A stretch of DNA of 64,000 bases from Tolypothrix carrinoi HA7290-LM1 (GTDB lineage: Bacteria; Cyanobacteriota; Cyanobacteriia; Cyanobacteriales; Nostocaceae). The notes under the pieces are model-generated. The model saw nothing but the letters and a program-made list of their open reading frames with translations. It was not told where the DNA came from and ran no database searches. Position numbers and translations under genes: made by a program. The stretch is taken from assembly GCA_019358935.1 (NCBI GenBank), contig JAHHIK010000009.1, forward strand, positions 32,001-96,000. Reading direction: 5' to 3'. This document shows positions 49,484 through 60,003 of this stretch, piece by piece (within the stretch, counting starts at the first letter, position 1; each line of letters opens with the position of its first letter).

Positions 49484-50230
49484 TTACTTACCAGCAGTAG
49501 TTTTGAGAGAGCTAAACCCGCTAATTTCTATGTATTGGGAGGTAATACCGTCCATCATCAGGTTTTGACGGCGGCGATCGCTTGCACCAAGTTCTGCAAT
49601 TTGAGATAGCATCAAGTTAGTTTGTTGTGAGTCGTGTCGCTGTTGCAGTCCGTCAGTGCGCGATTGTCCCAACATTGAGACAACCTGGGCGTTTTGGGCA
49701 GCAATCACCTTGAGGATATTTTGTGAAGCATCCATTTCTTGCGCTTCGTTAGCCAAATCTTGCGCCGAGGCTACTGTTTGTTGGGTTGCTTCAATTTCCT
49801 TTTTGGTACGTTCTTGCCCTTTTTCGCCCAGGACACTTTCAACTGTGGCGCGGGTGGTTTCCCGTTCCAATTCGTTGGCTGCACCTACAGCACCTTCAAC
49901 TGTGTTACTTTCGTTCCAGTTACCCTTGCCCAAAAGTTGCTCTTTTAACTTATCGGCTGAGTTTACTGGGTCTGGCATATCCATACTGCCAGTCTTAATA
50001 GCAGTTTTGGCTTCGCCTTTCATCCCACCCCAACTTTGATTAATGGCAGCGGTGAGTTCGCCCTTAGTTTCTTCAAAATAGCTATTGAGTTCGCCCAATA
50101 ATTCATTAAAGAAACTATTAACATCTAGTGAGAGGGCTAGTACAGGTTCTGTTCCAAGAAAAATACATACCCCAATTACCGAGCCGATTATTAGTCGTTT
50201 TTTGGGTTGAAACTTGAATGGTCGTTTCAT
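49484..50230 (-). CDS. T4SS secreted helical protein (VirB5/TrbJ-like)
   Basis: Signal peptide; Gln/Ala-rich helices; lies between virB4 and the VirB6-like gene. Confidence 0.55.
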   Translation of the reverse strand: MKRPFKFQPKKRLIIGSVIGVCIFLGTEPVLALSLDVNSFFNELLGELNSYFEETKGELTAAINQSWGGMKGEAKTAIKTGSMDMPDPVNSADKLKEQLLGKGNWNESNTVEGAVGAANELERETTRATVESVLGEKGQERTKKEIEATQQTVASAQDLANEAQEMDASQNILKVIAAQNAQVVSMLGQSRTDGLQQRHDSQQTNLMLSQIAELGASDRRRQNLMMDGITSQYIEISGFSSLKTTAGK

Positions 50231-50378
50231 AATTTACTCGTGTATTTGTCCATGTGGCAGTGGTAACTTAGTCTTAAATTTGGTTACTTTTAGCCACTTT
50301 TTTAGGTATTTATTCTATTAGTTTTTCTTCTATCGCTTGTACATTTAGTACGGGATTTTTACCAACTAAATTTAATGC

Positions 50379-53240
50379 TTATTGGTTGTTTTCTGTTGGT
50401 TGTTCTATAGGTTGTACGTTGATTACGAATTTTTTATTAGTTGAATTTAATAGCTCTTTGGTTTCTTCTGTTGGTTCTTCTTGGCGAATCATTCCCACAT
50501 ATGCTTCAGAGAATTTAACCATTCCCAACATGGGATTTTGTTTATATTTGGTGAGATATAGGGTACGTAATTCTTGTTCGTTGGGGTTATTAGCAACGGC
50601 AGCGAGCAGGCAATAAGCTGGATAATATCTACAAAAAGTTAGTTTGCCATTATCGTCAAGTAACCACTGCGAGTAAATACTTTCGCGTTTGGGGAAGAAA
50701 GCTTCTGTGCTGTTACGAGAAATAATTTCTGATGGATATTTAAATCTGGCGATAAATGGGTCTACTGCTGATGTTTGAATCCGTCCTATAAGACGGGTTG
50801 TGAGGTTAGCGAATATCTTAGGAGCAGATTTACTTTGGAAGATACTTTCCGGTTCTTGGGCTGATAGAATAACTCTGATACCAGCTTTTGCACCGTTAGC
50901 GCAGAGTCTGCCGATTAGTTCGGCTATACTTTCAAAGTTGAAGAGAATCGGCGCTTCATCTAGGAAAAAAATCGATGCTTTACTCGACAATGCTCGACGT
51001 AGGGCGGCTGCATATGCTGAGAGTGCAAGTATTGCTGCGTCTGTTTCGCTCCCTAGCGATCGCAAGGCAAATACTAATAGCCGAGCATCTGTTCTAAAAC
51101 TAGATGGTTTAGCAACTGACTGACCTACTCTTGAATTTAGCCAGAATTTTATCCGCAGTCTAATTTGGTCAAGTGCATCTAAAATATCCTTACTGTTATT
51201 GGCAATTAAATCTAATTTGATATACCCAGGCGAACAGAAATTATAGAAATCTTGGAGAGTTGGAATATCATTCCACTCAGGTGTTCCTACACCTGATTCA
51301 AAAGCAAGTTTATATCGTAATTTGATATCATCGTCGTTAAAGAAAGTTTCAATCCCAAGGGTCAGAATACTTTCAATATTTGATATCATCGTGGGACTAA
51401 CGTTAGCTCGGTTAGTACCAAGTACCATTGTCATAAGTGTTGATTTCAAGAACTCCTTGAAATCAGTCATTCGCTCTTTGATAAGCTCAGGTTCGTATCC
51501 CCTTAAGTCGGGAAGTTCAAATAAGTTATTTGCCTCCTTAGTGATGTCAAAGTAAGCACCTTCTTCACCCATCAACTGCGTATAATCTGTGAAAGTAGAA
51601 CTACCGTCTGGTTTGGGATAGTCCAGGGCGATGACGGGGATACCTTGAGCTAAAGCTGGTGTTAATAACCCGGCTACTAGTACAGATTTACCAGCCCTAG
51701 TTGTACCGAAGACTGCAAGATTTTTGTGCTGGGTGTACAAGTCGAGATGTACGGGGGTTCCTCCTTCTTCGGCTATAAGCTCAAACCCAGATTTATCGCC
51801 TGTGGAGGTACGTACTAGGGGCATAATTCCCGGTACCTCAGAAGAGAAATAGGGGAGACGGCGATTAAACGGTTTTGTTAGTAAATTTTCCCAAATAATA
51901 GGTACTGTTTGCGACCAGGTTTTCCATGCGTATTCTATTTCTCTATCAACTACTGTCGGTCGTAGGAAACAACTGGAGATATATCTGCAAGCTTCATCAA
52001 GTTTTTGACGGCTGCTACGGTAAATACAGAAGACAACCGCCGTGTGGATAGGGATAGAACCATTAAGGATAGTTTCTTGTGCCCGCACAGCCTCCTCGAT
52101 GTTCATGTTTGCCTTGACATCAATAGAGCCTTTATCGGCAGACATGGCGCTGGAAGTTATTGACTGTTTGGTTATGCGCTGAAGGGCAGTTTTAGCTAGT
52201 CCTTGGTTAGCCTTGGATAACTGGCAGATAATTTCGGTATCAGAGATTTTCTCTTTAGAAATTACCTCCCAGAGGTATCGTAGTTGGTCGTACTCATCAA
52301 CCCAGCCTTGAGGTTTTTCGCTAAATTGTAGGACACCGATATACTTGTTTTGGAGTTTGACCCAGCTGCGGTCGAGGAAGGGAACCGATTGTTCGTTTTC
52401 CAGGACTAAGTGTTTGATATGGAAATCGCTTGTTTGTTCTTCTTTGAGTCCTGTTTCATCAAGGATAAGGCGATTGGGGATGGGGGGTACTTCACTACGG
52501 TTAAATTGATTCCAGATAACTTCCCAGATATCGCTTGCTGTAAGTACTTTGGCGCTTAACCCCATTGTGTTGGAGATAATTTGCTCCCACATTTGAAATC
52601 CAGATGTGAAGCTATCTTTTAAAATAGTTTCAATGCGCTGGTGCCTGACAGCATGAATTTCTCCAGTAAATCCTTGCCAGTATGTTTGCAGTTGCTTGAT
52701 AGTTTTTTCAATGGGGTCGTTGCTTTTGCTGCTTTCAGCTGCAAGTACGGTATAAGTACACCAGAAGCGGAGGAATTTATTTTTACGTACCCCTGCGAGT
52801 GTGAGTTCGCGCGCTCGCAGGCGTTCTGACCTTATTAGTAGAGTTAGCTGTTCGAGATCGCACTGTTTTTCGACTTTCTTCAGCTCTTGTTGCCGAAAGG
52901 TATCATCGGTAAACGAACCAATGTGGATTGTTAGGGTTTCGCGTTCGGGTAGTTCCTTGAGTCCACCCTCGATATTTTCAAATATAGGTAGGATTTGTTC
53001 TTCAAGAAGGGATGGGTGAATCCCTTGGATATCAAAGCAAAACCTAATTTGAATATCTTCCTTTTTCTTGAGAATGACTGCGCCAACATTCTTACGACCG
53101 CCAAGTGAGATACTTGCAATTCCTGCTAAGTGGGTAATATCCTCAAATGGCGTGAGACCTTTTACTACCCCAAGTTGTTCGGTTTCGAGGGATTGTCTGC
53201 CAAGTTTATCTTTTGGCTTCTTGGGTTTGGTCGAAGTCAT
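50379..53240 (-). CDS. virB4: VirB4-like conjugation ATPase
   Basis: 953 aa; GTTRAGKS Walker A, FFLDEAP Walker B, GAKAGIRVILSAQ. Confidence 0.85.
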   Translation of the reverse strand: MTSTKPKKPKDKLGRQSLETEQLGVVKGLTPFEDITHLAGIASISLGGRKNVGAVILKKKEDIQIRFCFDIQGIHPSLLEEQILPIFENIEGGLKELPERETLTIHIGSFTDDTFRQQELKKVEKQCDLEQLTLLIRSERLRARELTLAGVRKNKFLRFWCTYTVLAAESSKSNDPIEKTIKQLQTYWQGFTGEIHAVRHQRIETILKDSFTSGFQMWEQIISNTMGLSAKVLTASDIWEVIWNQFNRSEVPPIPNRLILDETGLKEEQTSDFHIKHLVLENEQSVPFLDRSWVKLQNKYIGVLQFSEKPQGWVDEYDQLRYLWEVISKEKISDTEIICQLSKANQGLAKTALQRITKQSITSSAMSADKGSIDVKANMNIEEAVRAQETILNGSIPIHTAVVFCIYRSSRQKLDEACRYISSCFLRPTVVDREIEYAWKTWSQTVPIIWENLLTKPFNRRLPYFSSEVPGIMPLVRTSTGDKSGFELIAEEGGTPVHLDLYTQHKNLAVFGTTRAGKSVLVAGLLTPALAQGIPVIALDYPKPDGSSTFTDYTQLMGEEGAYFDITKEANNLFELPDLRGYEPELIKERMTDFKEFLKSTLMTMVLGTNRANVSPTMISNIESILTLGIETFFNDDDIKLRYKLAFESGVGTPEWNDIPTLQDFYNFCSPGYIKLDLIANNSKDILDALDQIRLRIKFWLNSRVGQSVAKPSSFRTDARLLVFALRSLGSETDAAILALSAYAAALRRALSSKASIFFLDEAPILFNFESIAELIGRLCANGAKAGIRVILSAQEPESIFQSKSAPKIFANLTTRLIGRIQTSAVDPFIARFKYPSEIISRNSTEAFFPKRESIYSQWLLDDNGKLTFCRYYPAYCLLAAVANNPNEQELRTLYLTKYKQNPMLGMVKFSEAYVGMIRQEEPTEETKELLNSTNKKFVINVQPIEQPTENNQ

Positions 53241-53281
53241 GACGATAACTCTCTGCGTTAATATTTCTTGACAATTGAAGA

Positions 53282-53614
53282 TTATTTGCGCTTTTTGCGT
53301 TTGGGTTTTCTTGTTGGTGAGGATGGTGGATTCACCAGTGACACGAAGGGTTTATATCCGCGAGTGATGCGGGGAGTACCGACAAACTTACCTAAGAAGG
53401 CTTTATTTGATGTGACCGTCCACCAAGTTGCCCATCCCCAGGTGATTGATATTCCCGTTGCCAGCCATCCTGCTTGAAGAAATCCCTGAACTACGAAATA
53501 CATAATGAGTGCGATCGCACTCCAAGGAACAATTTGGTCGGCAGGAAATGGACCGAGCCGAGGTTGGTCGCCTAAGACTTGGTTGACGGTACGGAATTCT
53601 CTGTCTCTAGGCAT
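53282..53614 (-). CDS. VirB3-like membrane protein
   Basis: Two TM segments; immediately upstream of virB4. Confidence 0.6.
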   Translation of the reverse strand: MPRDREFRTVNQVLGDQPRLGPFPADQIVPWSAIALIMYFVVQGFLQAGWLATGISITWGWATWWTVTSNKAFLGKFVGTPRITRGYKPFVSLVNPPSSPTRKPKRKKRK

Positions 53615-53662
53615 TGCTTTTTGGGTTGGGAGTGGTAAAAAACCACTCCTTTCATGATTTGA

Positions 53663-54283
53663 TTAGCCGACTGCGCCACCGCCACCAACGACGAGTCCTG
53701 AAAGAATGTCACCAACAACTACGGTGATGGCGATAATAATTGGGGTACGGGCAATGGTCTGCCAATCTTCGTCATTTCTTGCTGCTTGCACCACCCGAAT
53801 AAGACCTATAGCAAGATAGATAAGGAACAGACCGCGCAGTACTGCGAAGATGAATCCAGTTACTTTTTGATCTATACCGGGGAAGTAATTGGCATCTTTG
53901 AAGAATTTTTCAGCGTTGTTCATGAATTGGGCGCTGGCGGGTGCAACTGACATATCCAGTAGAAATACCGCACCCACTAAGCAAAACATGATTGTGTAAA
54001 TGTTTACGCCGTACTTGCGCTGCCATTTTTCAAAGTTGGAAAGCAGGCTGTTTGCTTCTTTGGGCATTAATGCGACACCGGCAGTAGCGAACGCTAATGA
54101 TGCCATGAGCATATTGTGGATTGAAATATCTACAAGCATCAATCCGGTACCAACAACCATCAAACCGGCGATTGTGCCATTTTCTTTTGAATTGCGGCGG
54201 CGACGTACTGGTGCGGGATATCCGTATTCTTGTTCGTATGATGTGTAGTCGTTATTGTAATCGGGGTCGTAGTTTGTTCTCAT
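53663..54283 (-). CDS. Pilin-like (VirB2-like) membrane protein
   Basis: PASAQF processing-like site followed by two hydrophobic helices; first gene of the cluster. Confidence 0.55.
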   Translation of the reverse strand: MRTNYDPDYNNDYTSYEQEYGYPAPVRRRRNSKENGTIAGLMVVGTGLMLVDISIHNMLMASLAFATAGVALMPKEANSLLSNFEKWQRKYGVNIYTIMFCLVGAVFLLDMSVAPASAQFMNNAEKFFKDANYFPGIDQKVTGFIFAVLRGLFLIYLAIGLIRVVQAARNDEDWQTIARTPIIIAITVVVGDILSGLVVGGGGAVG

Positions 54284-54585
54284 GTGCGCGTAATTATGAA
54301 TTTATGAGAGCTAATTTCAACAAAAAGAACGGCGTTGGGTATTTTAGTCCCGGCAAAGTACCCTACGAGAAGAGCAAAGCCTAATGGAGAATTGGTATTT
54401 TTTTAAACTCTTAAAAGCTTTGCGGCTTATGTGTTTATTCTATGGGTGGTAGTAATTCGGATACATCCGATTAATTGTTTAAGTTTTGACGTTATCTTTG
54501 CCTATGAAGTGTTGAAGTAAATTTTAAATATAGTTGGATTGACAAAGTTAATAATGTATCTCAACCTTATTTTGAAGCAAAGTAA

Positions 54586-54616
54586 AATCCCTAAAAGCAA
54601 CTTTGCTTTTAGGGAT
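54586..54616. terminator. Hairpin upstream of the transfer cluster
   Basis: aatccctaaaagcaa-c-ttgcttttagggatt-type inverted repeat with an A-tract on the left (U-tract on the minus strand). Confidence 0.5.
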
Positions 54617-54903
54617 TGAATACCTGATTATTGCTAATACATTAAGGCAAAAAAAGTGACTAGCCTTGTTTTCTATATCCTCTCCCAAAGGGAGACGCTC
54701 TTGCGCGAACGATACAAGAGCGACTTTTTACTTTAGAAGGCGTGGGAGCCAAAACCTTAGAAATAGGGCAGGCTTTATTAACTAGTCGTAGGGTGTTGGA
54801 TACTGATGTTCGGATGAGAAGCCTGCCCTATTTCTTACGGCAACTTCCAGGTCACTTTTTTCCGACTTCCTCCACTAATATGTTATTTGATGATGAATTG
54901 AGA

Positions 54904-55431
54904 CTATTTAATATTTAGTTTTATAAATTTACCATTATTTAACCCTAGAGAATCTACGCTATTTGCGGGCAATTCTATTACTTGATTTACAGGATGAACT
55001 GAATTGTATTTAGGACATTCCCTCGTTGTACAGGGTGGTGCATTCCTGACGATATGTTTAATTTCTCCATCTTTGAGAAATATCATATCTAGGGGGATGT
55101 GAGTATCCTTCATCCACAGGCTAATTGGTTCGGGTTTGTTGATAACAAATAGCATTCCGTGGTTGTTCGGTAAGTATGAGCGGAATTTGAGTCCTTTAGA
55201 TAGTTCCTTATTTTCTCTTGCTACCTCTAGTTGGAAGGTTTGATTGTTGGTAGTAAAGCTTGCACTAATCGGTAGGTACTGGGGCTGACAAGTCCAAAAG
55301 TAGAGTGCTAGGGGTGAGAGAGCAGCAGTAAAGCCAGCAATTGGTCCAGCGAAATTCAGAATTTTGAAGAATAGGCTTTTTTCTGGAGTTTGCGATCGCT
55401 TAGTTTGATTGGTTTGTTTTGTGAATTCCAT
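54904..55431 (-). CDS. DUF192 family protein
   Basis: LEVA...GLKFR...GMLF...WMKDT.IPLDMIF...VIELPA. Confidence 0.9.
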   Translation of the reverse strand: MEFTKQTNQTKRSQTPEKSLFFKILNFAGPIAGFTAALSPLALYFWTCQPQYLPISASFTTNNQTFQLEVARENKELSKGLKFRSYLPNNHGMLFVINKPEPISLWMKDTHIPLDMIFLKDGEIKHIVRNAPPCTTRECPKYNSVHPVNQVIELPANSVDSLGLNNGKFIKLNIK

Positions 55432-55636
55432 AATTTTAGATAAATCAAGTAGCAAAGTGGTTAGATTTCTATCGTTTAATTGGAGATTTAATGCAGTTAA
55501 AACTGCATGAGTTGCTTTCCTTCGAGGTCGTGCTAACACGCTCGTTTACCGCATACCAAGAGGTTTATTATGAACTGGTATGCTTGCATTGATTCCCAAA
55601 CATTTCTGGAAACTTTGAACTGATTTATGATGTTTG

Positions 55637-57295
55637 CTAGCTGAAAATATCAATGTTACCAACAGCAAATTTAGACTCATCGAGGGGGCTAGATGGTAAA
55701 GCTTGTTGGTCTGCCTTATTCCGCATCGACTCAACTTTATCAGCTTCTCGAATGGCAAGGGGGTTCATCTGGCGGCGTTCTTCTAACAGTGCTTCGATGG
55801 TTAGTTCGAGTGGAGGAAGTTCGCTTGGATTATGCGTATTTTCTGCTACTGTCTCATAGAATATTGTACTGGCGGCGCGTTCGACAATTGTCTGGATTTC
55901 AGCACCTACACACCTATTGGTAGCTTTAAGTATTCTGCGCCACTGTTCTGAGTCCCAAGGGTCGCCGCCATTACGGAATCGCTTGTCAAATCGAGCGGCG
56001 TGCAGTTTGAAGATAGTATACCTTTCCCCATTGTTGGGCAGGTCTATCTTGAATAGGTAGTCAAACCGTCCGGCGCGGGTTAACTCTGGCGGCAACCACT
56101 CCATACGGTTGACAGAGGCGATAATTAATACATCTGACTGTCTTTCTTGCATCCATGTCAATAGCTTACCCGCTAATCGTTTAGCTAGGTCATCATCACC
56201 GGCAAAACCTTTATCAAAATCGTCAAAATAAAGTATTATTTGTGACAATTTATCGGCTAATTTGAGCAATCGTTCGAGTTTGATTTCAGCGAGAGAGCCG
56301 AAACTGCGGAAGTTGCCCCAATCGACCATTATTAAGGGTATGCCCATATTCTGGGAGCAGGTTTTTGCCGAATGGGATTTACCCGTCCCTGGTGGTCCTA
56401 CTAGCATAATACCTTTGGGTACTTTGAGGTTATATTGCTTGGCGCGGGGGGTAAGCAGCCTTTTGAATTTTTTGAATGACTCTTGCATAAGTTCTAACCC
56501 ACCGAGTTGGACTTTGGGTGGGGGTAAAAACTCAATATCATAGAGGCGGTTGAGGAGTTGAATTTTATGTTTGAGGAGGGATTGCGCTACAGATCCTGAA
56601 TTACTGAAATCTGTGGTTTTTCTAATACATGCGAGCAGGTTAAGTATATCTGATATATACAACCCCATTCCGGCGTTCGCTACTGTGAGGTAGTCTGTAT
56701 CTGCATATTCTGGGGGTAGTACACAGCCTTGAGTGAGTGATTTGATAATTTCTCCTACATCAGGTAAATCTTGTTTCCAGATAGGAATTTCGGCGGCGAT
56801 ATCGCTACTAATATCAGCAGTTGCTCCGAGAAGTAGGGCAACTTTACCAGTATTCTGGTTATAAAGTTTAATATTAATCAGTGAAGATTTAATCCACTCT
56901 GATATTAATAAAAATTCAGCTTCTGGTAAACTATTTTCTTGAATCCAAGGGTATATATTCTCGACGATTAATACCCCATTTTCCTGATATTCTTTCCAAA
57001 AATTGAGTATCTGAAAATAATCTTCTTTATTATGTTTTGGTTTGGGAATGTAGCCTTTAAATTCTCCAATCGCTAATTTTAAATTTTCTACTGTCAATTC
57101 TTTGATACTCTCTTCTCCCAGGTTCCAAAGGTAGCATTTATTTCCAGTGGTTTGGCAGAACTGGCTGATATGGGTGAGCAGGCGCAGTCTTTCCTGGAGG
57201 GGAGATTCGCAGGCGATGAGGGGATATTGTTCTTGAATCAGTCCTTCGAGTATCTGGAAGCTGTACATACCTTGTCCGGAGTGTTTTTGGTACAT
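55637..57295 (-). CDS. AAA+ ATPase (Ycf46-like)
   Basis: GPPGTGKS, LYFDDFDK, LLTWMQE, LPPELTRAGRFD. Confidence 0.85.
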   Translation of the reverse strand: MYQKHSGQGMYSFQILEGLIQEQYPLIACESPLQERLRLLTHISQFCQTTGNKCYLWNLGEESIKELTVENLKLAIGEFKGYIPKPKHNKEDYFQILNFWKEYQENGVLIVENIYPWIQENSLPEAEFLLISEWIKSSLINIKLYNQNTGKVALLLGATADISSDIAAEIPIWKQDLPDVGEIIKSLTQGCVLPPEYADTDYLTVANAGMGLYISDILNLLACIRKTTDFSNSGSVAQSLLKHKIQLLNRLYDIEFLPPPKVQLGGLELMQESFKKFKRLLTPRAKQYNLKVPKGIMLVGPPGTGKSHSAKTCSQNMGIPLIMVDWGNFRSFGSLAEIKLERLLKLADKLSQIILYFDDFDKGFAGDDDLAKRLAGKLLTWMQERQSDVLIIASVNRMEWLPPELTRAGRFDYLFKIDLPNNGERYTIFKLHAARFDKRFRNGGDPWDSEQWRRILKATNRCVGAEIQTIVERAASTIFYETVAENTHNPSELPPLELTIEALLEERRQMNPLAIREADKVESMRNKADQQALPSSPLDESKFAVGNIDIFS

Positions 57296-57463
57296 TGTCT
57301 TCCATCTGACTCTTAATCTGCATCCAATTTTAGTTGTAAAAAATATGCAACATTTATTGGTTTAAATTACTTCTGCATAGCTGTAAAACTGAGTGTAACA
57401 CTATTTTTTATTTGAAGAATATGTGAAGTTGCAGCCTATTATTTAAAGTTTTGATTAATAAGC

Positions 57464-58051
57464 ATGACTAAATCGTCATTACCAGTTCCGTCTTTTCCCC
57501 AAATATTTGTCCCCCAATTGGTTAAAGATAATAAATTTGCTCCCGTGACTGCACCTTCGGGTACGGGTGATGCTCCTGTAGGTGCAAGTGAGAAATTATT
57601 TGAGAATGTCTTGAAGCATTACTTTGGTGAGGGACTTGTTTTACCCCAACAGAAGATGTTACCGACGGGGCACGATTTACATTACACGGCTGACTTTTTG
57701 ATTGTGGAACCCACTACTGGGCTACACCTAGATGTTGAAGTTGATGAGCCGATATCGTTTGCGACTCTTAAACCTACCCACTGTGTTGGGGAGGATGATT
57801 ATCGCAACAAGTGCTTTGTCGAAGCTAACTGGGTGGTGGTGCGGTTTGCAGAAGAACAGGTTTCCAGCCAGCCGGAGCGTTGCGCGCTTGTTATAGCTAC
57901 TGCGATCGCAAAACTGACGGGCAATACTACATATGAAGAGAAGTTGCGCCATGCGGGTAGGGTAGATGCTATCAAGCAATGGACACCTCGTCAGGCTACG
58001 AAGTTGAAGAAAGGTAATTACCGTCAGGGTTATTTGGCAAGGAGGAACTAG
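57464..58051 (+). CDS. DUF559/Vsr-like PD-(D/E)XK endonuclease
   Basis: YTADF...LDVEVDEP...DDYRN..F...NWVVVRFAEEQV. Confidence 0.7.
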   Translation: MTKSSLPVPSFPQIFVPQLVKDNKFAPVTAPSGTGDAPVGASEKLFENVLKHYFGEGLVLPQQKMLPTGHDLHYTADFLIVEPTTGLHLDVEVDEPISFATLKPTHCVGEDDYRNKCFVEANWVVVRFAEEQVSSQPERCALVIATAIAKLTGNTTYEEKLRHAGRVDAIKQWTPRQATKLKKGNYRQGYLARRN

Positions 58052-58134
58052 TACAGTTTTTCAGGTATTTAGCCGAGAGCGCTGGGCTACTAAGTAGGTG
58101 GTATTTTCGAGAAAAAATTAGGGAGTTTATCAAG

Positions 58135-58452
58135 ATGAGCAAGTGCGTTACATATTATATCCAGACGAATCCAATTGACCAACTTGTCGAGTATTTCGGC
58201 ACAACGCTAGAGAAACTTACCCTAGCTGATAAGCTGGCATTGCGGGTAACATTAACATATTGGTTATTCCACCGCGAAGTCGCTGATTTAGGTGAGTATA
58301 CTTTAAATCATGCTATGGAAGATACGATGCAAGGATATTCAGGAGACTGTCAAATTAACCTGAAAGAAGCGATTGCCATTTTAGAAGGTATTGGCAAGGA
58401 TGAAGCAGAAGGGTTAATTGAATCACTTACGGCTCAACTGCGCTGTTTGTAA
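58135..58452 (+). CDS. Hypothetical protein
   Basis: 105-aa ATG ORF with an upstream GGGAG. Confidence 0.6.
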   Translation: MSKCVTYYIQTNPIDQLVEYFGTTLEKLTLADKLALRVTLTYWLFHREVADLGEYTLNHAMEDTMQGYSGDCQINLKEAIAILEGIGKDEAEGLIESLTAQLRCL

Positions 58453-58603
58453 AAAATATTGAACTAACGGCTTTGGGCTTTGGCGCTAAGTAGGAAAGCA
58501 CAAATAAACACAACTATGTGAATAAAGATTAAGGTATTAAAATCTTCTTCCCTTTAGCATAACTGCCTTGTCTCAACGACAAATATTTATGCTGACCTAC
58601 TTA

Positions 58604-58987
58604 TCATACGGGAATTAGTTTAAGTTCTTTTAATCGTTCCTGAATACCTACTACCTCAACTTTCCAGAATTTTTCAATTGCCAGGTAGAGTTTTTCAAAC
58701 TCTTCTGGCTGTTTTTCTAAGAAATTATTTAATTTCAGAGCTAAAGTATCTTCATCTATTGAATGATTGCTGTAAAAAGCTACTATTGTCTCGTCTTTTG
58801 AACCTTCACGGTCAAATGTAATGCCACACTTAATCTCTTGAATAAATATTTTGGGCGTGGGAAATTTGTTTTCTCTATCTTTGAAACTGAGGGCTATACT
58901 TTTGAGTTCTTCTATTGAAAAATTTTCCATGTTTCTCATACCTACATACTCTTTTATATTTGTATCTTCATTAAATAAAGTTGTCAA
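58604..58987 (-). CDS. Hypothetical protein
   Basis: 127-aa ORF; start uncertain. Confidence 0.5.
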   Translation of the reverse strand: MTTLFNEDTNIKEYVGMRNMENFSIEELKSIALSFKDRENKFPTPKIFIQEIKCGITFDREGSKDETIVAFYSNHSIDEDTLALKLNNFLEKQPEEFEKLYLAIEKFWKVEVVGIQERLKELKLIPV

Positions 58988-59194
58988 ATATAAAAAAAAT
59001 AGAGGCAGTATTTAAATACTACCTCTATAAAGGAGTAGTTTCACTCCTTGCACCACTTAATTTAAGCACTAGCTTATGCCGTAGTATTACTACAGTTCAC
59101 ATTTAATTTGTGTTAGTTTAATTGTTCACGACTCCACTACTTATCCAAAGGGCTTATATGTGCTAGTTGTTCAACTTCCTGTTTGGCTTAAGGT

Positions 59195-59899
59195 TTAGGT
59201 CTCGCTTTTCCCGCATTGTTTGGTGCAGGGTACGGCAGCAGTTAGGTTTATTTCAATGGGGTATTTGCCCTTTAGCCCCAAGACTATTTCTGTGGCAGCG
59301 GTATCGACTCCTAGTGCCATGCCAGAATAAAACTGAATGCGTTTGTATCCCCATTCAAGTGCGCGATTGCAAGCACGAACAATCATGCCTTCAAGTCGGC
59401 TATGTACCTGCTTCCATCCCGACTCATCAAATTTTTTATGCCTGTTTCCTGTGAATGCCACTTTTAGGGTTGGTTTATCTTCTATGAGGCAATCAACAAA
59501 CTCTTGGGGGAGCCAGATATTGGGAGGAAGATTGAAATTGCCAATCAGGGAAGCTATCTCTAAATCGGTGTATCCAGCAAGGTTGCATCCAATCCTGGTT
59601 GTTAGGAATTCTAGTTCAGGATGAGTATTTGCATATTCGACTAGTTTCTCAATTTGAGATTTGATTTGGGGAAGGGGGATTGACCGGATACCCTTATTTA
59701 AGTCTTTGGTTGCGATCGCCCAGGATTGTCCTTGTCGTCCTTGGGGATTGCCGTATTCTGCATTGCAGTACTGTCGCGCAAATAAAGCACTTCCAGCGCC
59801 ATGTCTTCCTTCTGTGTTGCTGCCAAAGACAAAAATCTGGTCTTTTAGTAGTTTGGTAATTCTGTCAGGAATAATTTTGTAGGGATGATTATTTGACAT
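59195..59899 (-). CDS. Fusion of a macrodomain-like (A1S_2505-type) domain and a truncated SLOG/YspA domain
   Basis: IFVFGSN..GRHGAGSA..A and TRIGCNLAG; then VAFTGNR...SGMALGVD...AAVPC..Q and an early stop. Confidence 0.7.
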   Translation of the reverse strand: MSNNHPYKIIPDRITKLLKDQIFVFGSNTEGRHGAGSALFARQYCNAEYGNPQGRQGQSWAIATKDLNKGIRSIPLPQIKSQIEKLVEYANTHPELEFLTTRIGCNLAGYTDLEIASLIGNFNLPPNIWLPQEFVDCLIEDKPTLKVAFTGNRHKKFDESGWKQVHSRLEGMIVRACNRALEWGYKRIQFYSGMALGVDTAATEIVLGLKGKYPIEINLTAAVPCTKQCGKSET

Positions 59900-60003
59900 T
59901 TGGTTATTTTATCCAAAAGATGCATATTGGGCTATTTTTAGTTAAATTTTTCTACTTTATATAAACTGATAGTAGAATGAATTCCTATCAGTTTATATTT
60001 TTA

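Noticed and set aside
38814..54384. Numerous plus-strand ORFs in the ORF track across the transfer region
   Set aside because: They are antisense shadows of long, motif-bearing minus-strand genes.
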